Origin: Coraliomargarita sp.
Lineage (GTDB): Bacteria; Verrucomicrobiota; Verrucomicrobiia; Opitutales; Coraliomargaritaceae
Assembly (NCBI GenBank): GCA_965216325.1
Contig: OZ244160.1
Location: forward strand, 2,464,001-2,528,000
Reading direction: 5' to 3'
Length of the DNA stretch: 64,000 nt
This document shows positions 21,349 through 32,117 of the stretch, piece by piece. A program made the position numbers and the translations under genes. Under the pieces are notes generated by a model. The model was given only the letters and a program-made list of their open reading frames with translations, was not told the DNA's origin and did not search any database. The stretch's first letter is position 1; every line of letters starts with the position of its first letter.

Positions 21349-24300
21349 ATGTATTCTAAATATAAATTGTTATTTTTTGTTACGCTTTGTGCGTATCTCA
21401 CATCTTTGCCGAGAGTGCTCGCACAAGATCCGACCCAGATGGGATTCACGGATCTGCAAGCTCAGGCGAACAGCCTAGTTGAACGCGGCCAATTGCTGGA
21501 GGCTTTGCCGTTTTTGCAGGAGTTGATCAAGCGCGTTGATAGCTCGGATAATTCGGACTATGCGCTGGACTTCCCACTATTCTTAACTGGCACGGCGTAT
21601 ATCCAAAGCTATGTGAATACCGGTAATGCGGGTGAGCTTAATCGTGCTTTGCAGTGGTATGACCGCTTGGAGAAGGACTATCCGAATTCTCCGAACGTCA
21701 AGGAGGCCTTGCTTAAGCGAATCGATATTTTGCGTGCGCTCAAGAAGACTGATGCGGCATTGGCACTCATGCAGGACATGCTATCTGGTAAGCGTTCGGT
21801 CAATCTGACGAATGCGGAGCGGCTTAAGATTCTTAAGGATGTCTGCCAAATTTATTATGGTTTGGGCAAGCTTCAGCCAGGACTGCCGTTTTTTGCGCAG
21901 CTGATTCAGGTCGCTGGAACTGTCGAGGATAAGAGCTTGGGGGCGGCCGCGAGTTTTGAAGGCTTTATTGAGGCCAAGCGTTTGGACGATGCGATTAAGA
22001 TGTTGCCGATTTTGGCGAAAGAGTCGGATGTTCGCTACAATCCACGTCTGAATGTCGCCTTGTTGAAGGCCAGTGATACCATGGTGGAGCAGGAGCGCTA
22101 CACGGATGCAGCTCTGCTGCTTAATTTGATCAAGACCACGGATGTCATGATCGAGTTTAATGAAGTGAAGCTTGCGAATAAGAAGACCGTGCTGCAGCGA
22201 CTTCAGGACTTGGGCGGCTCGCAGGACCGGATTGATGTCCTGAGTCAGGAAGTGGCAATTCTCGAGGCGAATTTGAAGATGTTGCGCGAGTTGCCAACGC
22301 TTCGTAATGAATTGCTCGTGCGTCGTGCGCGTAACTTTACGAAGACGGATCGACGCTATGAATCGTTCTGGATGTTCTTCGATTTGATGAATGAAAACCC
22401 GCGGGACAAGCGTGCTGAGTTTTATCACTACGCAGCCTTTGCGGGTGCACGCCAGATCGGAAAGGTCGACACCATGCTTGATCTAGGCCGTTCTTATCGA
22501 TCCAAGTTCCCACAAGGTGATTATTATTCGGATGTGACTGCGGCCTATGTGACCAAGTTGAATGAGCTTGGTGAAGAATCTGAGGTCATGGAAGTTGCGA
22601 TTCAGTTCCTGGATACTCGACCGCAGGATCCGTTCTCGCAAACAATGCTGACTATTTGGGTGGCCAAGCTTCTGGCGGTGAATGATTTTCGTGCGATCGA
22701 TAACCAGTGCGCGAAGTGGCGCACCATGCACCGCAGTCCAGTCTTTGAAGACGGTCTTTACTACTGGCCGGCAATGGCCCACCTGCAATCAGCAAACTAT
22801 CAGGATGCTGTGAACAATCTTGAGATCCTGTTGGATAAGTTCCCGACTAGCATTTATGCGGAAGACGGCATGATGCGCAAGGGTGTCTGCGAATTCTATC
22901 TACAGGATTATGTAGCGGCAGAAAAGACCTTGCTGAAGTATATCGAGCGATACCCGAATGGTAGTGTGGCGGATCAGGCTCAATACTATATGGGTGAAGT
23001 TGAGGCGCTGAAACAGGATACCCGTAGCGCGTTGATGCGCTTCGCTAAGGCCAATCGTCTGACAACCTCGCAGCAAATGCACGATGCGTGCACTTTCCGA
23101 ATTGCCGACCTCTACATGCTGGAGCAGCGCTATGACAAGATGCGCGACCATCTTCTCGAATACATTAACACCTACGGAGAGAATGGGCAGCTTGCGAAGG
23201 CTAATCTATTGCTGGGACAGGCGTATGAGGCATTGAATCAGCCGGTTAAGATGTTGTCTCTCTACCGCGAAATGATCGATCGCTACGCGCTGGATACCGA
23301 AAACCAAGGTGTTGATGTGTTGATCGAGGACTATGCTGAGAAGTATACGACCAATCTGAAGAAGCTGGAGCGCACCGTGACGTTCATCAACCAGATGGAG
23401 AATGATATTGAGTTCCGCACGCGTATGGTGACCGACCGTGGCGCTCTGTTTGAGGAGTTCTACCTCAATCCAGACCTAGAGCAGTCACTCTACAATAAGT
23501 TGCGGATGCATCCGGAGTTTACAGATGCCTTGGTCGAGGACCTCTCTCCGATCGGGGATGTGCTCGATTCCTTCCGTGATCAGCTTGCCTCCTATCCAAA
23601 GGAAACACCCGTAGATTTCTTTAAGCGCCAGCTTGCAGCTTATCAGGCTGCGAACGAGCGTGTCGGCGAGGCTCGTATGTTGATGGGGCTGTATCGCTCA
23701 GGTGTTGAACTGAAACCATCGAAGCCTTTTGACTCGACATTCTTGGCCGATTTGACGCCTCGTCTGCTACTATATGTCGCCGATTCTTCGCGTTTGAGCA
23801 ATTTGGATTTTGCAGTGGAGACTTGGACGGTCTTGTTGAGTAACTTCCCAGACGACGACGCGACCATCGTTGCCTACATACGACTGGCTGATGTGAGTTC
23901 TGAGCTCGGTGATTTGAATGGAGCACTGAACTATCTGGACGCAATTCTGGAGAATTTTGCCGGTTCACCAAAGATTCCAATGGTCATCCTTCAGCAAGGC
24001 AGGTTCTTGACTGAGCTGGGGCGTTACAACGAGGCACGTGATAAATACCAGTATATTTTACGTGTGCCAGAGTGGCGCGGGGAATTGCATGCACGAGCTT
24101 TATTGCAGACCGGTGATGCCTTTATGGCGGAGCAATCGTATGCCGAGGCCCATGGTTTCTATGAGCGCACATTCCTAGGTTACTCACACATGGCAGAGTG
24201 GGCAGCTAGAGCCTATTTGGCGGATGCCAAAGCCCTCGTCGCGTTGGGTGACCGAGCCGGGGCGAAGGCGACATTGACTGAGGCTGCGACGGAATTGGAA

Positions 24301-24357
24301 GCATCCGCTCCAGCAGAACTTTACAAGCAGATTCAAGATGAACTCAGCACACTTTAA
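21349..24357 (+). CDS. Large secreted TPR-repeat protein (BamD/CpoB-like repeats)
   Basis: 1002 aa; signal peptide; repeated YP.S motifs (KDYPNSP, KFPTSIYA, RYPNGSVA). Confidence 0.85.
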   Translation: MYSKYKLLFFVTLCAYLTSLPRVLAQDPTQMGFTDLQAQANSLVERGQLLEALPFLQELIKRVDSSDNSDYALDFPLFLTGTAYIQSYVNTGNAGELNRALQWYDRLEKDYPNSPNVKEALLKRIDILRALKKTDAALALMQDMLSGKRSVNLTNAERLKILKDVCQIYYGLGKLQPGLPFFAQLIQVAGTVEDKSLGAAASFEGFIEAKRLDDAIKMLPILAKESDVRYNPRLNVALLKASDTMVEQERYTDAALLLNLIKTTDVMIEFNEVKLANKKTVLQRLQDLGGSQDRIDVLSQEVAILEANLKMLRELPTLRNELLVRRARNFTKTDRRYESFWMFFDLMNENPRDKRAEFYHYAAFAGARQIGKVDTMLDLGRSYRSKFPQGDYYSDVTAAYVTKLNELGEESEVMEVAIQFLDTRPQDPFSQTMLTIWVAKLLAVNDFRAIDNQCAKWRTMHRSPVFEDGLYYWPAMAHLQSANYQDAVNNLEILLDKFPTSIYAEDGMMRKGVCEFYLQDYVAAEKTLLKYIERYPNGSVADQAQYYMGEVEALKQDTRSALMRFAKANRLTTSQQMHDACTFRIADLYMLEQRYDKMRDHLLEYINTYGENGQLAKANLLLGQAYEALNQPVKMLSLYREMIDRYALDTENQGVDVLIEDYAEKYTTNLKKLERTVTFINQMENDIEFRTRMVTDRGALFEEFYLNPDLEQSLYNKLRMHPEFTDALVEDLSPIGDVLDSFRDQLASYPKETPVDFFKRQLAAYQAANERVGEARMLMGLYRSGVELKPSKPFDSTFLADLTPRLLLYVADSSRLSNLDFAVETWTVLLSNFPDDDATIVAYIRLADVSSELGDLNGALNYLDAILENFAGSPKIPMVILQQGRFLTELGRYNEARDKYQYILRVPEWRGELHARALLQTGDAFMAEQSYAEAHGFYERTFLGYSHMAEWAARAYLADAKALVALGDRAGAKATLTEAATELEASAPAELYKQIQDELSTL

Positions 24358-24358
24358 C

Positions 24359-25522
24359 ATGAACCGGACTTACAGCTTACCCCGACTTCCCGGTTGCCTA
24401 CGTCGCTCAGTGGCCCTCGCTACTGTGCTTGGGCTTGGTTTCGGAACTCTGATTGCAGACAATGCGTATTGGGATCAGTATGGAAATACTGCTGTCTACG
24501 TCGAGCAGGACAATAACGGCCGTAAGCAAAAGCTGAAGTTTCTGGGTTACAGCAACGGCATGTTGGTTGCTGAAATCGAGATGAAGAACCCGGATGGTTC
24601 GACTGCGGTTGCAGAGGTTTCGCAACCGATTAGTCAAAGTATGGTTCAGACCTTGTCGTTGAAACTGGATAAGCTTCCAGAGGCTGACCGACAACTCAAT
24701 GCGAATAATCTTGAGGGCGCGCTCACGATTTTGCGTCCTGAGGTCTATCCACTCGTTAAATTTGCCGAAGTGCCCGAGACTTTTCGTCAGCTACATGTGC
24801 CTGTTCAAAAGCTGCTTAATACGCTGATTCGAGCGCAACAGTATGAGGAAGCAACCGACCTGATTGAGCGTATCCCGCTGGATAAGGTTAGTGTGGAATA
24901 CAGTGTGTTCGCGCTACAGTTGATCAATGGATATATCGCAATGGGCGATTATGAGGCTGCGACTGCTCTAGCGAACCGTGTGCCGCTGGATAGCAACTAC
25001 GCGAAGAACATTAGCCCGGTCATGGATATTGCCGCAAAGCTTCGTAACGCGGAGCAATACGAAGCCGCGATTCCCTTGTATCGGAGTGTGCGCGAAGTGG
25101 TGCCTGCTGCGACGAAGGCGAACCTCGATATGTGGTTAGCTTATAGTCTGGTGTTGGCGAATCGCTTGAATGAGGCGGTGCCTATTATTGATGCACTGAA
25201 TGAGCCAGAGCCTAAGGAGCGACTCTTTTCTCTCTACAAATTGCTACAGGGCTCGCTGGAGTATCGTAAGGAGAATTACCCAGTGGCTCTGGATACGCTG
25301 ACTCGTGGATTTGTCCGTGCGCAAACCTCATACAGTTGGGTGCCTGAGATGCTGTATCTCATCGGGGATTGCTATAAGCGTTCCGGTGAGTTTGAAGCCG
25401 CACGCAATGTTTGGACTGAAATTTCAATCCTGTATCCAGATTCTCCATGGGCACCTCGTGCGGACAGCGCGCTTGCCAAGCTGCCACCGAAGCCCAGTAC
25501 TCCTGCTGAGCAAGCACAATAG
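24359..25522 (+). CDS. Secreted TPR-repeat protein
   Basis: Signal-like N-terminus; C-terminal TPR LYLIGDCY..ILYPDSPWA; ATG24359 lies 1 nt after the upstream stop. Confidence 0.82.
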   Translation: MNRTYSLPRLPGCLRRSVALATVLGLGFGTLIADNAYWDQYGNTAVYVEQDNNGRKQKLKFLGYSNGMLVAEIEMKNPDGSTAVAEVSQPISQSMVQTLSLKLDKLPEADRQLNANNLEGALTILRPEVYPLVKFAEVPETFRQLHVPVQKLLNTLIRAQQYEEATDLIERIPLDKVSVEYSVFALQLINGYIAMGDYEAATALANRVPLDSNYAKNISPVMDIAAKLRNAEQYEAAIPLYRSVREVVPAATKANLDMWLAYSLVLANRLNEAVPIIDALNEPEPKERLFSLYKLLQGSLEYRKENYPVALDTLTRGFVRAQTSYSWVPEMLYLIGDCYKRSGEFEAARNVWTEISILYPDSPWAPRADSALAKLPPKPSTPAEQAQ

Positions 25523-25567
25523 ATCAATCTCTACATTTTAATCAAATTGTCGAACCAATCGAAAAGT

Positions 25568-26353
25568 ATGAAATCATCAAAGTTCCGTTATCTTCCGTCC
25601 TTTTTAGCCATTGCGCTCTTTGTCGGTGCATCTCAATGGTTAATGACACAATCGCTTAGCGCTCAAGAAGTCGCACCTGCAACTGAAGAAGTTGCTGAAG
25701 CCGAAGAAGCGGGTCCGCCGAAGAAGACATTGATTGACCAGTATAAGACTGGTGGCTGGGCGATGTATCCGCTCACATTCTTCTCGATCGCTGGTCTCGG
25801 TTTGATCGTCTATAATTTTATGGGGGTGAAGTCTGGCGTGATTCTGCGCCCGGATGCGATTCAAGAGGTCGATAAAGCGCTTGAAGCTCTCGATATCGAA
25901 AAGGCGAAGGCCATCTGTGCGGAGAATCCGGCTCCAGCGACTAATATCATTGCCGCGGGCTTGCACCGTGTGAACGTTGCCAATTACGAGCCAGAGCCAA
26001 TTAAGGAGGCGATTGAAGAGGCTTCTTCTGAAGAGCTCGCTGGTCCGTTTGTATTGATTAACTACCTTTCGGTTGTCGGTTCGCTCTCGCCAATGGTGGG
26101 TCTTCTCGGAACGGTTTCCGGTATGGTTAAGGCGTTCAATGTGATTGAGTCTGAGGGTGCCGGTAGTGCTCAGGCGCTTGCGGGTAATATTTCTGAGGCC
26201 TTGATCACCACCGCTTCCGGTATGATCGTGGGTATTCCTGCGATGTTCTTCTTTTTCTTCTTCAAGAATAAGTATGGTAAGATCACTTCGCGTGTTGCCC
26301 GAGTGGTCGGTGACCTCGAATTTACTTTGACGACTGCAATCAAGCAACGCTAA
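25568..26353 (+). CDS. MotA/TolQ/ExbB proton-channel protein
   Basis: GGWAMYPL, SPMVGLLGTVSGM, ISEALITTASG. Confidence 0.95.
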   Translation: MKSSKFRYLPSFLAIALFVGASQWLMTQSLSAQEVAPATEEVAEAEEAGPPKKTLIDQYKTGGWAMYPLTFFSIAGLGLIVYNFMGVKSGVILRPDAIQEVDKALEALDIEKAKAICAENPAPATNIIAAGLHRVNVANYEPEPIKEAIEEASSEELAGPFVLINYLSVVGSLSPMVGLLGTVSGMVKAFNVIESEGAGSAQALAGNISEALITTASGMIVGIPAMFFFFFFKNKYGKITSRVARVVGDLEFTLTTAIKQR

Positions 26354-26376
26354 GCCGCGTCACCGCTTTATTTGCT

Positions 26377-26781
26377 ATGAAAATGTGGACCCCAGATGAT
26401 GTCGACCCGGAGTTTGAATTGACTCCGATGATTGACGTCGTGTTCCTCCTCATCGCGTTCTTCATGACCTTGATGAGCTTTATCAGCGCGGAGCTGATCA
26501 AGTTGGAACTCCCCACAGCTGAAGAGGCTAGCATCCCGGAAGAGCCCGGTGAACGTCAGTATATCTCCATTACTGGTGAGGGCGTGCTCTATCTCGGTGC
26601 ATCGGAAATTACTTACGAAGCACTTCCTGCTGCGTTAACTCACCTCCGGCAGACGATTCCCGGCTTGAAGCTCTATCTGCGTGCAGATGGCATTACGACG
26701 CACGGGCATGTCAACAAAGTGATGGATAGCTGTGCCCAAGCGGGTATCTTCGACTTAATTTTCGCCTCTTCCCAGGATTAA
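26377..26781 (+). CDS. ExbD/TolR family protein
   Basis: LTPMIDVVFLLIAFFM with conserved Asp; LRAD motif. Confidence 0.93.
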   Translation: MKMWTPDDVDPEFELTPMIDVVFLLIAFFMTLMSFISAELIKLELPTAEEASIPEEPGERQYISITGEGVLYLGASEITYEALPAALTHLRQTIPGLKLYLRADGITTHGHVNKVMDSCAQAGIFDLIFASSQD

Positions 26782-26786
26782 TCATT

Positions 26787-27221
26787 ATGGCTGCAGGCAA
26801 TACAGTTCTTGAATCGGAAGACAAAGTTGACATCACCTCGATGATCGACGTGGTCTTTCTTTTGTTGATTTACTTCATGTTTCTCCCTCTGCAACAGGAA
26901 GCGGATATTGGTATTAAACTACCGAGTGAGTCGCCCCCTGCGGAGAACTTGGAATTACCCAGTGAGCATATTGTAGAGGTCTTTCCCAATGGGTTGATTT
27001 TGCTCAATGGTGCCCCGATGGACGGTGTCGACGACCGTATAATGCAGAAATTGACGACCACGCTGACGCGTCTGAAGTTGTCTTCGGACCGTGCGGGAAT
27101 CGATACCGTGGTGAAGATTCAGGCCGATCCGGATTCTCCTCACCAGCGTTCGGTGGATGTGCTGAATGCATGTGCAAAAGCGGACATATCGAAGGTATCG
27201 TTCGCTTCATACGGAGGATAG
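26787..27221 (+). CDS. ExbD/TolR family protein (second copy)
   Basis: ITSMIDVVFLLLIYFM with conserved Asp; IQAD motif. Confidence 0.93.
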   Translation: MAAGNTVLESEDKVDITSMIDVVFLLLIYFMFLPLQQEADIGIKLPSESPPAENLELPSEHIVEVFPNGLILLNGAPMDGVDDRIMQKLTTTLTRLKLSSDRAGIDTVVKIQADPDSPHQRSVDVLNACAKADISKVSFASYGG

Positions 27222-27289
27222 AGGTATACTAGTGATGGGTTGAGCCCCAGCGGACTGGCTGGACGCCTGTTCGCTTCGCCCCAAGTGCA

Positions 27290-28669
27290 ATGATTACGAT
27301 AGAAAAGAAAAAACAATTTAACCCAATGCTGATGAAAGTGATCATCGTGAGCGTTGGGCTTCACGTTATTGCTGGCTTCGTCGCTGGTGTTATCACAATT
27401 GCCAATGTTGTGATCAAGGAAGAGGCGCAATTTGATGAGCCGCCTGCGGTTGAACAGGAAGAGCCTCCACCTGAAGTCAAGGTTGAGATTAAGCCGCAAG
27501 CACCGCAGCAGAATATGCAGCAGCAGCTCAGAATGCGCCCTGTTGCCAATATTGCGGTTGCACAGGTTGATGTGAATCTACCGAGCATGGAGCAGAACTT
27601 TACAGTAAGTGCTGGTCTTGGTGGTCTTGGCGGAGGCAATTTACTTGGGGGGGCACGCGGATCGCTGGGATTGGGCATGTCGGACGTCAATGTGTTCGGC
27701 TTGAAGACACGTGCTGAGCGTATTCTCTTCGTGATCGATACGAACCGGCAAATGGTGACCGACAAGAAGGGGGGCTTGAATAGCTATCAGGTGATTAAGG
27801 ACGAAATCACTGACATGGTAGGCAATCTTTCAGCAGGCACCTTGTTTAATGTTATGCTGCAAGATCGTCGTCGGGTCATGATGTTCAAGCCTCAGTTAGT
27901 GCCGGCGGGTAGTGAGGTGCATCAGCAGTTGGTTCGTTGGGTTGGGCAGGTGAACACCGATGCAGAGAATCCCGGTTTGGAGGGGGTTTCAGCTGCCAAG
28001 CAGCCTAAGCTGACGGCTATGCCCGAGTCTGAAATGCAGAAGCTGCTTACATTCAGTGGTCACCATGCAAATGAAACAGGCTTCCTGACTCAGGTTGCTC
28101 TGGAGCAGAATGCAGATGCAATCTTTTTTATCACGGGCAATCACCGTGGTTTTGATGATGTCCTTGCACCTGCGTCGGAAAAGCAGAAGCGTGATTTTGA
28201 GAAGCGGAAGGCAAGTAAGGAGTATCAGGAGCAGTTGGCTGCGCATCGGCTTGAGGTCGCGCAGATGGAGCAGCGAGTGAAGGCTGAGCTTGCTCGACAG
28301 AATGCGGAACGCGCGAAAAAAGGGCAGCCACCCCGTGTGCTTGGACAGCGCGGTGTGTATTCTGCGGCTGGCGAACTTGGAATTAAATGGAAGACTCCGC
28401 ACCCCGGGCATGGTCCAGGGCACCAAAGGGTCGAAGCCAAAGACGTGTCTAAGTATTTCAAGCAGCTGATTGCTCGGTTATATACGGACCATGAGAAAAC
28501 GCCTCCATCCATCAACGTCGTGCTTTTCCTTGCTGGTGATGAAGAGTATCGACCTGAGTGGAAAAAGCAGCTCGATCAGTATGTGCGTTTCTTTAAGGGG
28601 AAAAACCGTTTAATCCGGGGGGAGAAGGAAATCAAGAGCGCTCGCTCATCTAAGAACACCAAAAACTAA
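27290..28669 (+). CDS. TonB/TolA-like anchored protein with degenerate vWA-like domain
   Basis: N-terminal TM with S-x3-H (SVGLH), Pro/Glu-rich and Gly-rich linkers, then [11 protein letters not shown] / FNVML / DAIFFITG vWA-like strands. Confidence 0.65.
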   Translation: MITIEKKKQFNPMLMKVIIVSVGLHVIAGFVAGVITIANVVIKEEAQFDEPPAVEQEEPPPEVKVEIKPQAPQQNMQQQLRMRPVANIAVAQVDVNLPSMEQNFTVSAGLGGLGGGNLLGGARGSLGLGMSDVNVFGLKTRAERILFVIDTNRQMVTDKKGGLNSYQVIKDEITDMVGNLSAGTLFNVMLQDRRRVMMFKPQLVPAGSEVHQQLVRWVGQVNTDAENPGLEGVSAAKQPKLTAMPESEMQKLLTFSGHHANETGFLTQVALEQNADAIFFITGNHRGFDDVLAPASEKQKRDFEKRKASKEYQEQLAAHRLEVAQMEQRVKAELARQNAERAKKGQPPRVLGQRGVYSAAGELGIKWKTPHPGHGPGHQRVEAKDVSKYFKQLIARLYTDHEKTPPSINVVLFLAGDEEYRPEWKKQLDQYVRFFKGKNRLIRGEKEIKSARSSKNTKN

Positions 28670-30057
28670 AGTGCACGTTCTTCACGTGCGATTTTGTTGA
28701 GATACTCTTTGCCTCCAGTCTCGTCGGTGAATGCACCGTCGAGCTGGGCTTCATAGCATCGATCCAGAATCGGCCCAAAATGGATGCCGGGTTTGATGCC
28801 GAGTTCGATCAGGTGGCGCCCCAGTAGTATTGGCTTGGGGGCGTTGTCTTTGATTGCAAGTTCACCTGCGCGATCGAGTAGCCACTCGCCCTCGGGGAAT
28901 CCATCGACTTGAATCGGAGGCCGTCCGCATTTGTCCGCGTAGGCAACACGGCAGAGTCGATCGACCCGTTTGACTCGTGCGGCTAGTCGTCGGATTGCGG
29001 AATCTCCGGCGCCATCGCGATAAAGCGCGAGTGGGCGCATGTGTTGCTCGACCAGTGGTAAGACTTCTTCGAAGACTTTCTTTTGGCGGGTGAGTTGACT
29101 TAGGAACTGTTCGGCGATTGGCACACCTTCGACATCATGGCGTGGACTGCGAATGCGTTGCCGCGCTTCGTCGAAGTAGCTGGTTTGAGGTTTACCAAAG
29201 TCATGGCAAAGCACGGCTAATCCGACGATCAGGTCTTCCCATTCATCACCGATACGATTCTTCGCGTAGGCATCGAGGCAGTGTAGAGTATGATTCCAGA
29301 CATCTCCTTCAGGGTGCCATTCTGGATCTTGTTCGCAACCTACGAGCGCCTGGAGCTCGGGGAAGTGTTGGAGCCAGTTACAAGCGTGCAGAAAGTTCAG
29401 TCCCTTGGAAAGCTGATTACCTTTAAGGATTAATTTTTTCCATTCCTCCCAGAGGCGTTCTTGTGGGAGGTGTGCTGGGCTAAGTTGCTGGCAGAGTGCA
29501 ATAGTCTCTTGATCTGCTGTTAGGTTGAAGCGTGCAATGAACTGCATGCCGCGTAGCACGCGTAGCGCATCCTCGCTGAATGCGTCGGAAACGTGACGTA
29601 GACGGCGCGCTTCAAGATCTGTCTTGCCGTTGTAGGGGTCCAGATACTGGCCGCTAAGCGGGTCGAAGCTAATGGCGTTGATGGTGAAGTCGCGGCGAGA
29701 TGCGGCTTCATCTGGCGACATGTTGGGGTCTCCCTGCACCACGAAGTCGGTATGTTTCGGCCCAGTCTTGGATTCGCGCCGTGGCAGGGCGATATCCATC
29801 TCCAAGCCTTTGAGAATGAAGACTCCGAACGAGCGCCCGACCGTATCGAGCCGAAAGTACTCGGCGAGGCGACCTTCGACTTCGTTGACATCGATACCGT
29901 AAATTTCGACATCAATATCTTTGGTGGGGATTCCGAGTAGACCATCTCGAACACAGCCTCCGACGAGTAGGGCTCGACCGCCAGCATCACGCATCATCTC
30001 CGCGACTTTGATAATCGCGTTGCGTTGCTTGATCGAAATATTATTGAGGATCTCCAA
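28666..30057 (-). CDS. cca: Class II tRNA nucleotidyltransferase (CCA-adding-like) with HD domain
   Basis: [43 protein letters not shown]. Exact CCA/CC/A specificity not determinable. Confidence 0.8.
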   Translation of the reverse strand: MEILNNISIKQRNAIIKVAEMMRDAGGRALLVGGCVRDGLLGIPTKDIDVEIYGIDVNEVEGRLAEYFRLDTVGRSFGVFILKGLEMDIALPRRESKTGPKHTDFVVQGDPNMSPDEAASRRDFTINAISFDPLSGQYLDPYNGKTDLEARRLRHVSDAFSEDALRVLRGMQFIARFNLTADQETIALCQQLSPAHLPQERLWEEWKKLILKGNQLSKGLNFLHACNWLQHFPELQALVGCEQDPEWHPEGDVWNHTLHCLDAYAKNRIGDEWEDLIVGLAVLCHDFGKPQTSYFDEARQRIRSPRHDVEGVPIAEQFLSQLTRQKKVFEEVLPLVEQHMRPLALYRDGAGDSAIRRLAARVKRVDRLCRVAYADKCGRPPIQVDGFPEGEWLLDRAGELAIKDNAPKPILLGRHLIELGIKPGIHFGPILDRCYEAQLDGAFTDETGGKEYLNKIAREERAL

Positions 30058-30062
30058 GCTGA

Positions 30063-30899
30063 TTACTCCTTGATCGCCGGATCGCCCCAGTTGAGTTTGT
30101 CGCGCACGATGGCAAAGTGAGAGTGGTCCGGATTTTGCATCAGGCGAAATTTCTTTTCGGCCACACCAATCTGTAGGGGGAAGTTGTTCTCACATTCGAA
30201 GCGTTGGCGACCGTCGATGGTAATTCGCGGGCAGGGGCCGGGTTGTCCGCTTTCAACAGTCACTCGTGTTGAGTGGTCGAAGATGACGGATCGATTGCCG
30301 AAAGTGTGTGGGCAGATGGGGGTCATTGCGATCGCGCTTACGCGCGGTCCGATGATGGGGCCGCCGGCGGATAGGTTGTATGCCGTGGAGCCTGTCGGTG
30401 TTGAGAAGATTAGTCCGTCACAGTGGTATTCAGAAACACGGTTACCGTTTGCTAAGACACGTAAGCGTACGAGGCCACTACCTTGTGTTTCTTTGAGCAC
30501 GACGTCGTTGAGACCGTAAACAACGTCGCCACTTGCATTGGTGCAGCAGAGCACCGAGCGTTCGGCGATCGAGTAATCGCCTTGGATAAGTTTGGGCAAG
30601 TCGTTGGCAGCCTCCTCTTGTGAGAAGGTTGCGAGAAAGCCGAGTTTGCCTAGGTTGACGCCCAAGACAGCGGCACCTGATTCGAGGGCCGCATCAAGCA
30701 CTCCTAATAGAGTGCCGTCGCCTCCAATTGCAATGCAGAGGTCTTGTGCGACGAGTGCATCCTTAGGTAGTGGGTATTGGGCGGTGATGCGTGTTTTTAC
30801 GCCTTCGCACTCAGCCAAGCCAGATAAGTAGCGGGCTACATCTTCTGCGCCAGGCTTGGATGTATTAATCGCAAAGGTGATCGTTTGGATGGTTTGCAT
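30063..30899 (-). CDS. nadK: NAD kinase
   Basis: [32 protein letters not shown]. Confidence 0.95.
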   Translation of the reverse strand: MQTIQTITFAINTSKPGAEDVARYLSGLAECEGVKTRITAQYPLPKDALVAQDLCIAIGGDGTLLGVLDAALESGAAVLGVNLGKLGFLATFSQEEAANDLPKLIQGDYSIAERSVLCCTNASGDVVYGLNDVVLKETQGSGLVRLRVLANGNRVSEYHCDGLIFSTPTGSTAYNLSAGGPIIGPRVSAIAMTPICPHTFGNRSVIFDHSTRVTVESGQPGPCPRITIDGRQRFECENNFPLQIGVAEKKFRLMQNPDHSHFAIVRDKLNWGDPAIKE

Positions 30900-30962
30900 T
30901 CCGTGAGTGAGGTGGAGACTGTGGTGAAAGTGTGTTCGGACTTCGGTGAACTGCAACTAGTC

Positions 30963-31709
30963 TTATGCCTTGCGCTGGAGGCCGAGGAGGAACTCTTTGT
31001 TGCCGTCGGTTCCCTTGATAGGGGAGTCCATTGTTCCAATGAGCTCAGCGCCTGGAAGCTCTTTTAATGTGAATTCACGAATACTGCTGAGCACGCGTTG
31101 ATGAATCGTGTCATCGCGTATGATGCCTTTGCCCGCATCGACTTCATGCTTTTCGGCTTCGAACTGGGGTTTGACGAGTGCAATTAAGCGTCCACCCGGA
31201 GCCATGAACTGCCAGACTGCCGGCAAGACTTTAGTTAGTGAAATAAAGGATAGATCCATAACGATGAGTGGATAGTCATCGTGTGGAAGGTCGCCGGGGT
31301 GGAGATGTCGGGCATTGGTTTTCTCCATGTTGGTAACTCGCTCATCTTGGCGTAGTTTGTTGTGGAGTTGCGCTCGACCGACGTCAACGCAAGTCGAGCT
31401 AATGGCACCACGCTGGAGGCAGCAGTCGGTGAAGCCGCCGGTCGAGGCGCCGACGTCGAGCATGTGCAGTCCGGTGACGTCGATGTTGAACTCTTTGAGG
31501 AAGCCTTCCACTTTGTCGCCGCCACGACTGACGAAGCGCGGTGGCTGTTCGACGCTGAGTTGTGCGTCTTCGGGCAGTGTGCGGCCGGGCTTGTCGAGTC
31601 GCTCGGTGCCGAGGCGGACCTTGCCGGCAAGCACCAGTGCCTTTGCCTGTGAGCGTGAGTCGGCTAGGCCTTGTTCGACCAGGAGTTCGTCAATGCGCTT
31701 CTTTGCCAT
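30963..31709 (-). CDS. tlyA: TlyA-family rRNA 2'-O-methyltransferase
   Basis: S4 domain; [33 protein letters not shown]. Confidence 0.95.
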   Translation of the reverse strand: MAKKRIDELLVEQGLADSRSQAKALVLAGKVRLGTERLDKPGRTLPEDAQLSVEQPPRFVSRGGDKVEGFLKEFNIDVTGLHMLDVGASTGGFTDCCLQRGAISSTCVDVGRAQLHNKLRQDERVTNMEKTNARHLHPGDLPHDDYPLIVMDLSFISLTKVLPAVWQFMAPGGRLIALVKPQFEAEKHEVDAGKGIIRDDTIHQRVLSSIREFTLKELPGAELIGTMDSPIKGTDGNKEFLLGLQRKA

Positions 31710-31715
31710 CTGTCT

Positions 31716-32033
31716 CTAGGCCTTTCTCTTGCGGTGGTTGCTGCCGACTTTTGTGCGATTCTTTTGCTGCTTCTGAAAGATCGGTATGAATTTCGTTTCG
31801 ATGAATTCGAAGGCTGCCTGCAAACCATCACGCTCGTAAACTACACCGATCTCTGCCTCCATTGCGGTGGGCTCGCCGAGTGCGGAGAGGAATTTATTGG
31901 ACGTCATTTGCACGAAAGTCTCTGCCCGCGCAGAGCTTGGGATGTGTGCTTGCTTGAGGATCCATTCGCGTGCGAACAGGGCCAGCACGGCATCGCCGAT
32001 CCAAGCTTGGGTGCGTTTTACGTCTTCAGTCAT
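31716..32033 (-). CDS. Minimal RNase III-domain-like protein
   Basis: AWIGDAVL, SNKFL and EAEIGVVY resemble RNase III/Mini-III signature segments; 105 aa, no dsRBD. Confidence 0.55.
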   Translation of the reverse strand: MTEDVKRTQAWIGDAVLALFAREWILKQAHIPSSARAETFVQMTSNKFLSALGEPTAMEAEIGVVYERDGLQAAFEFIETKFIPIFQKQQKNRTKVGSNHRKRKA

Positions 32034-32117
32034 CGGGGCAGGCTGTAGCCTAAGTTACTCAGAAGCAATACTTGCATCGCAGAGGTTGTCGACCATCTAC
32101 GATGGTGCATCGGGGGG

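Noticed and set aside
28666..30057. Poly(A) polymerase call
   Set aside because: Lacks the PAP-type G[RK]RF signature (reads VGRSFG) and carries an HD domain typical of CCA enzymes.
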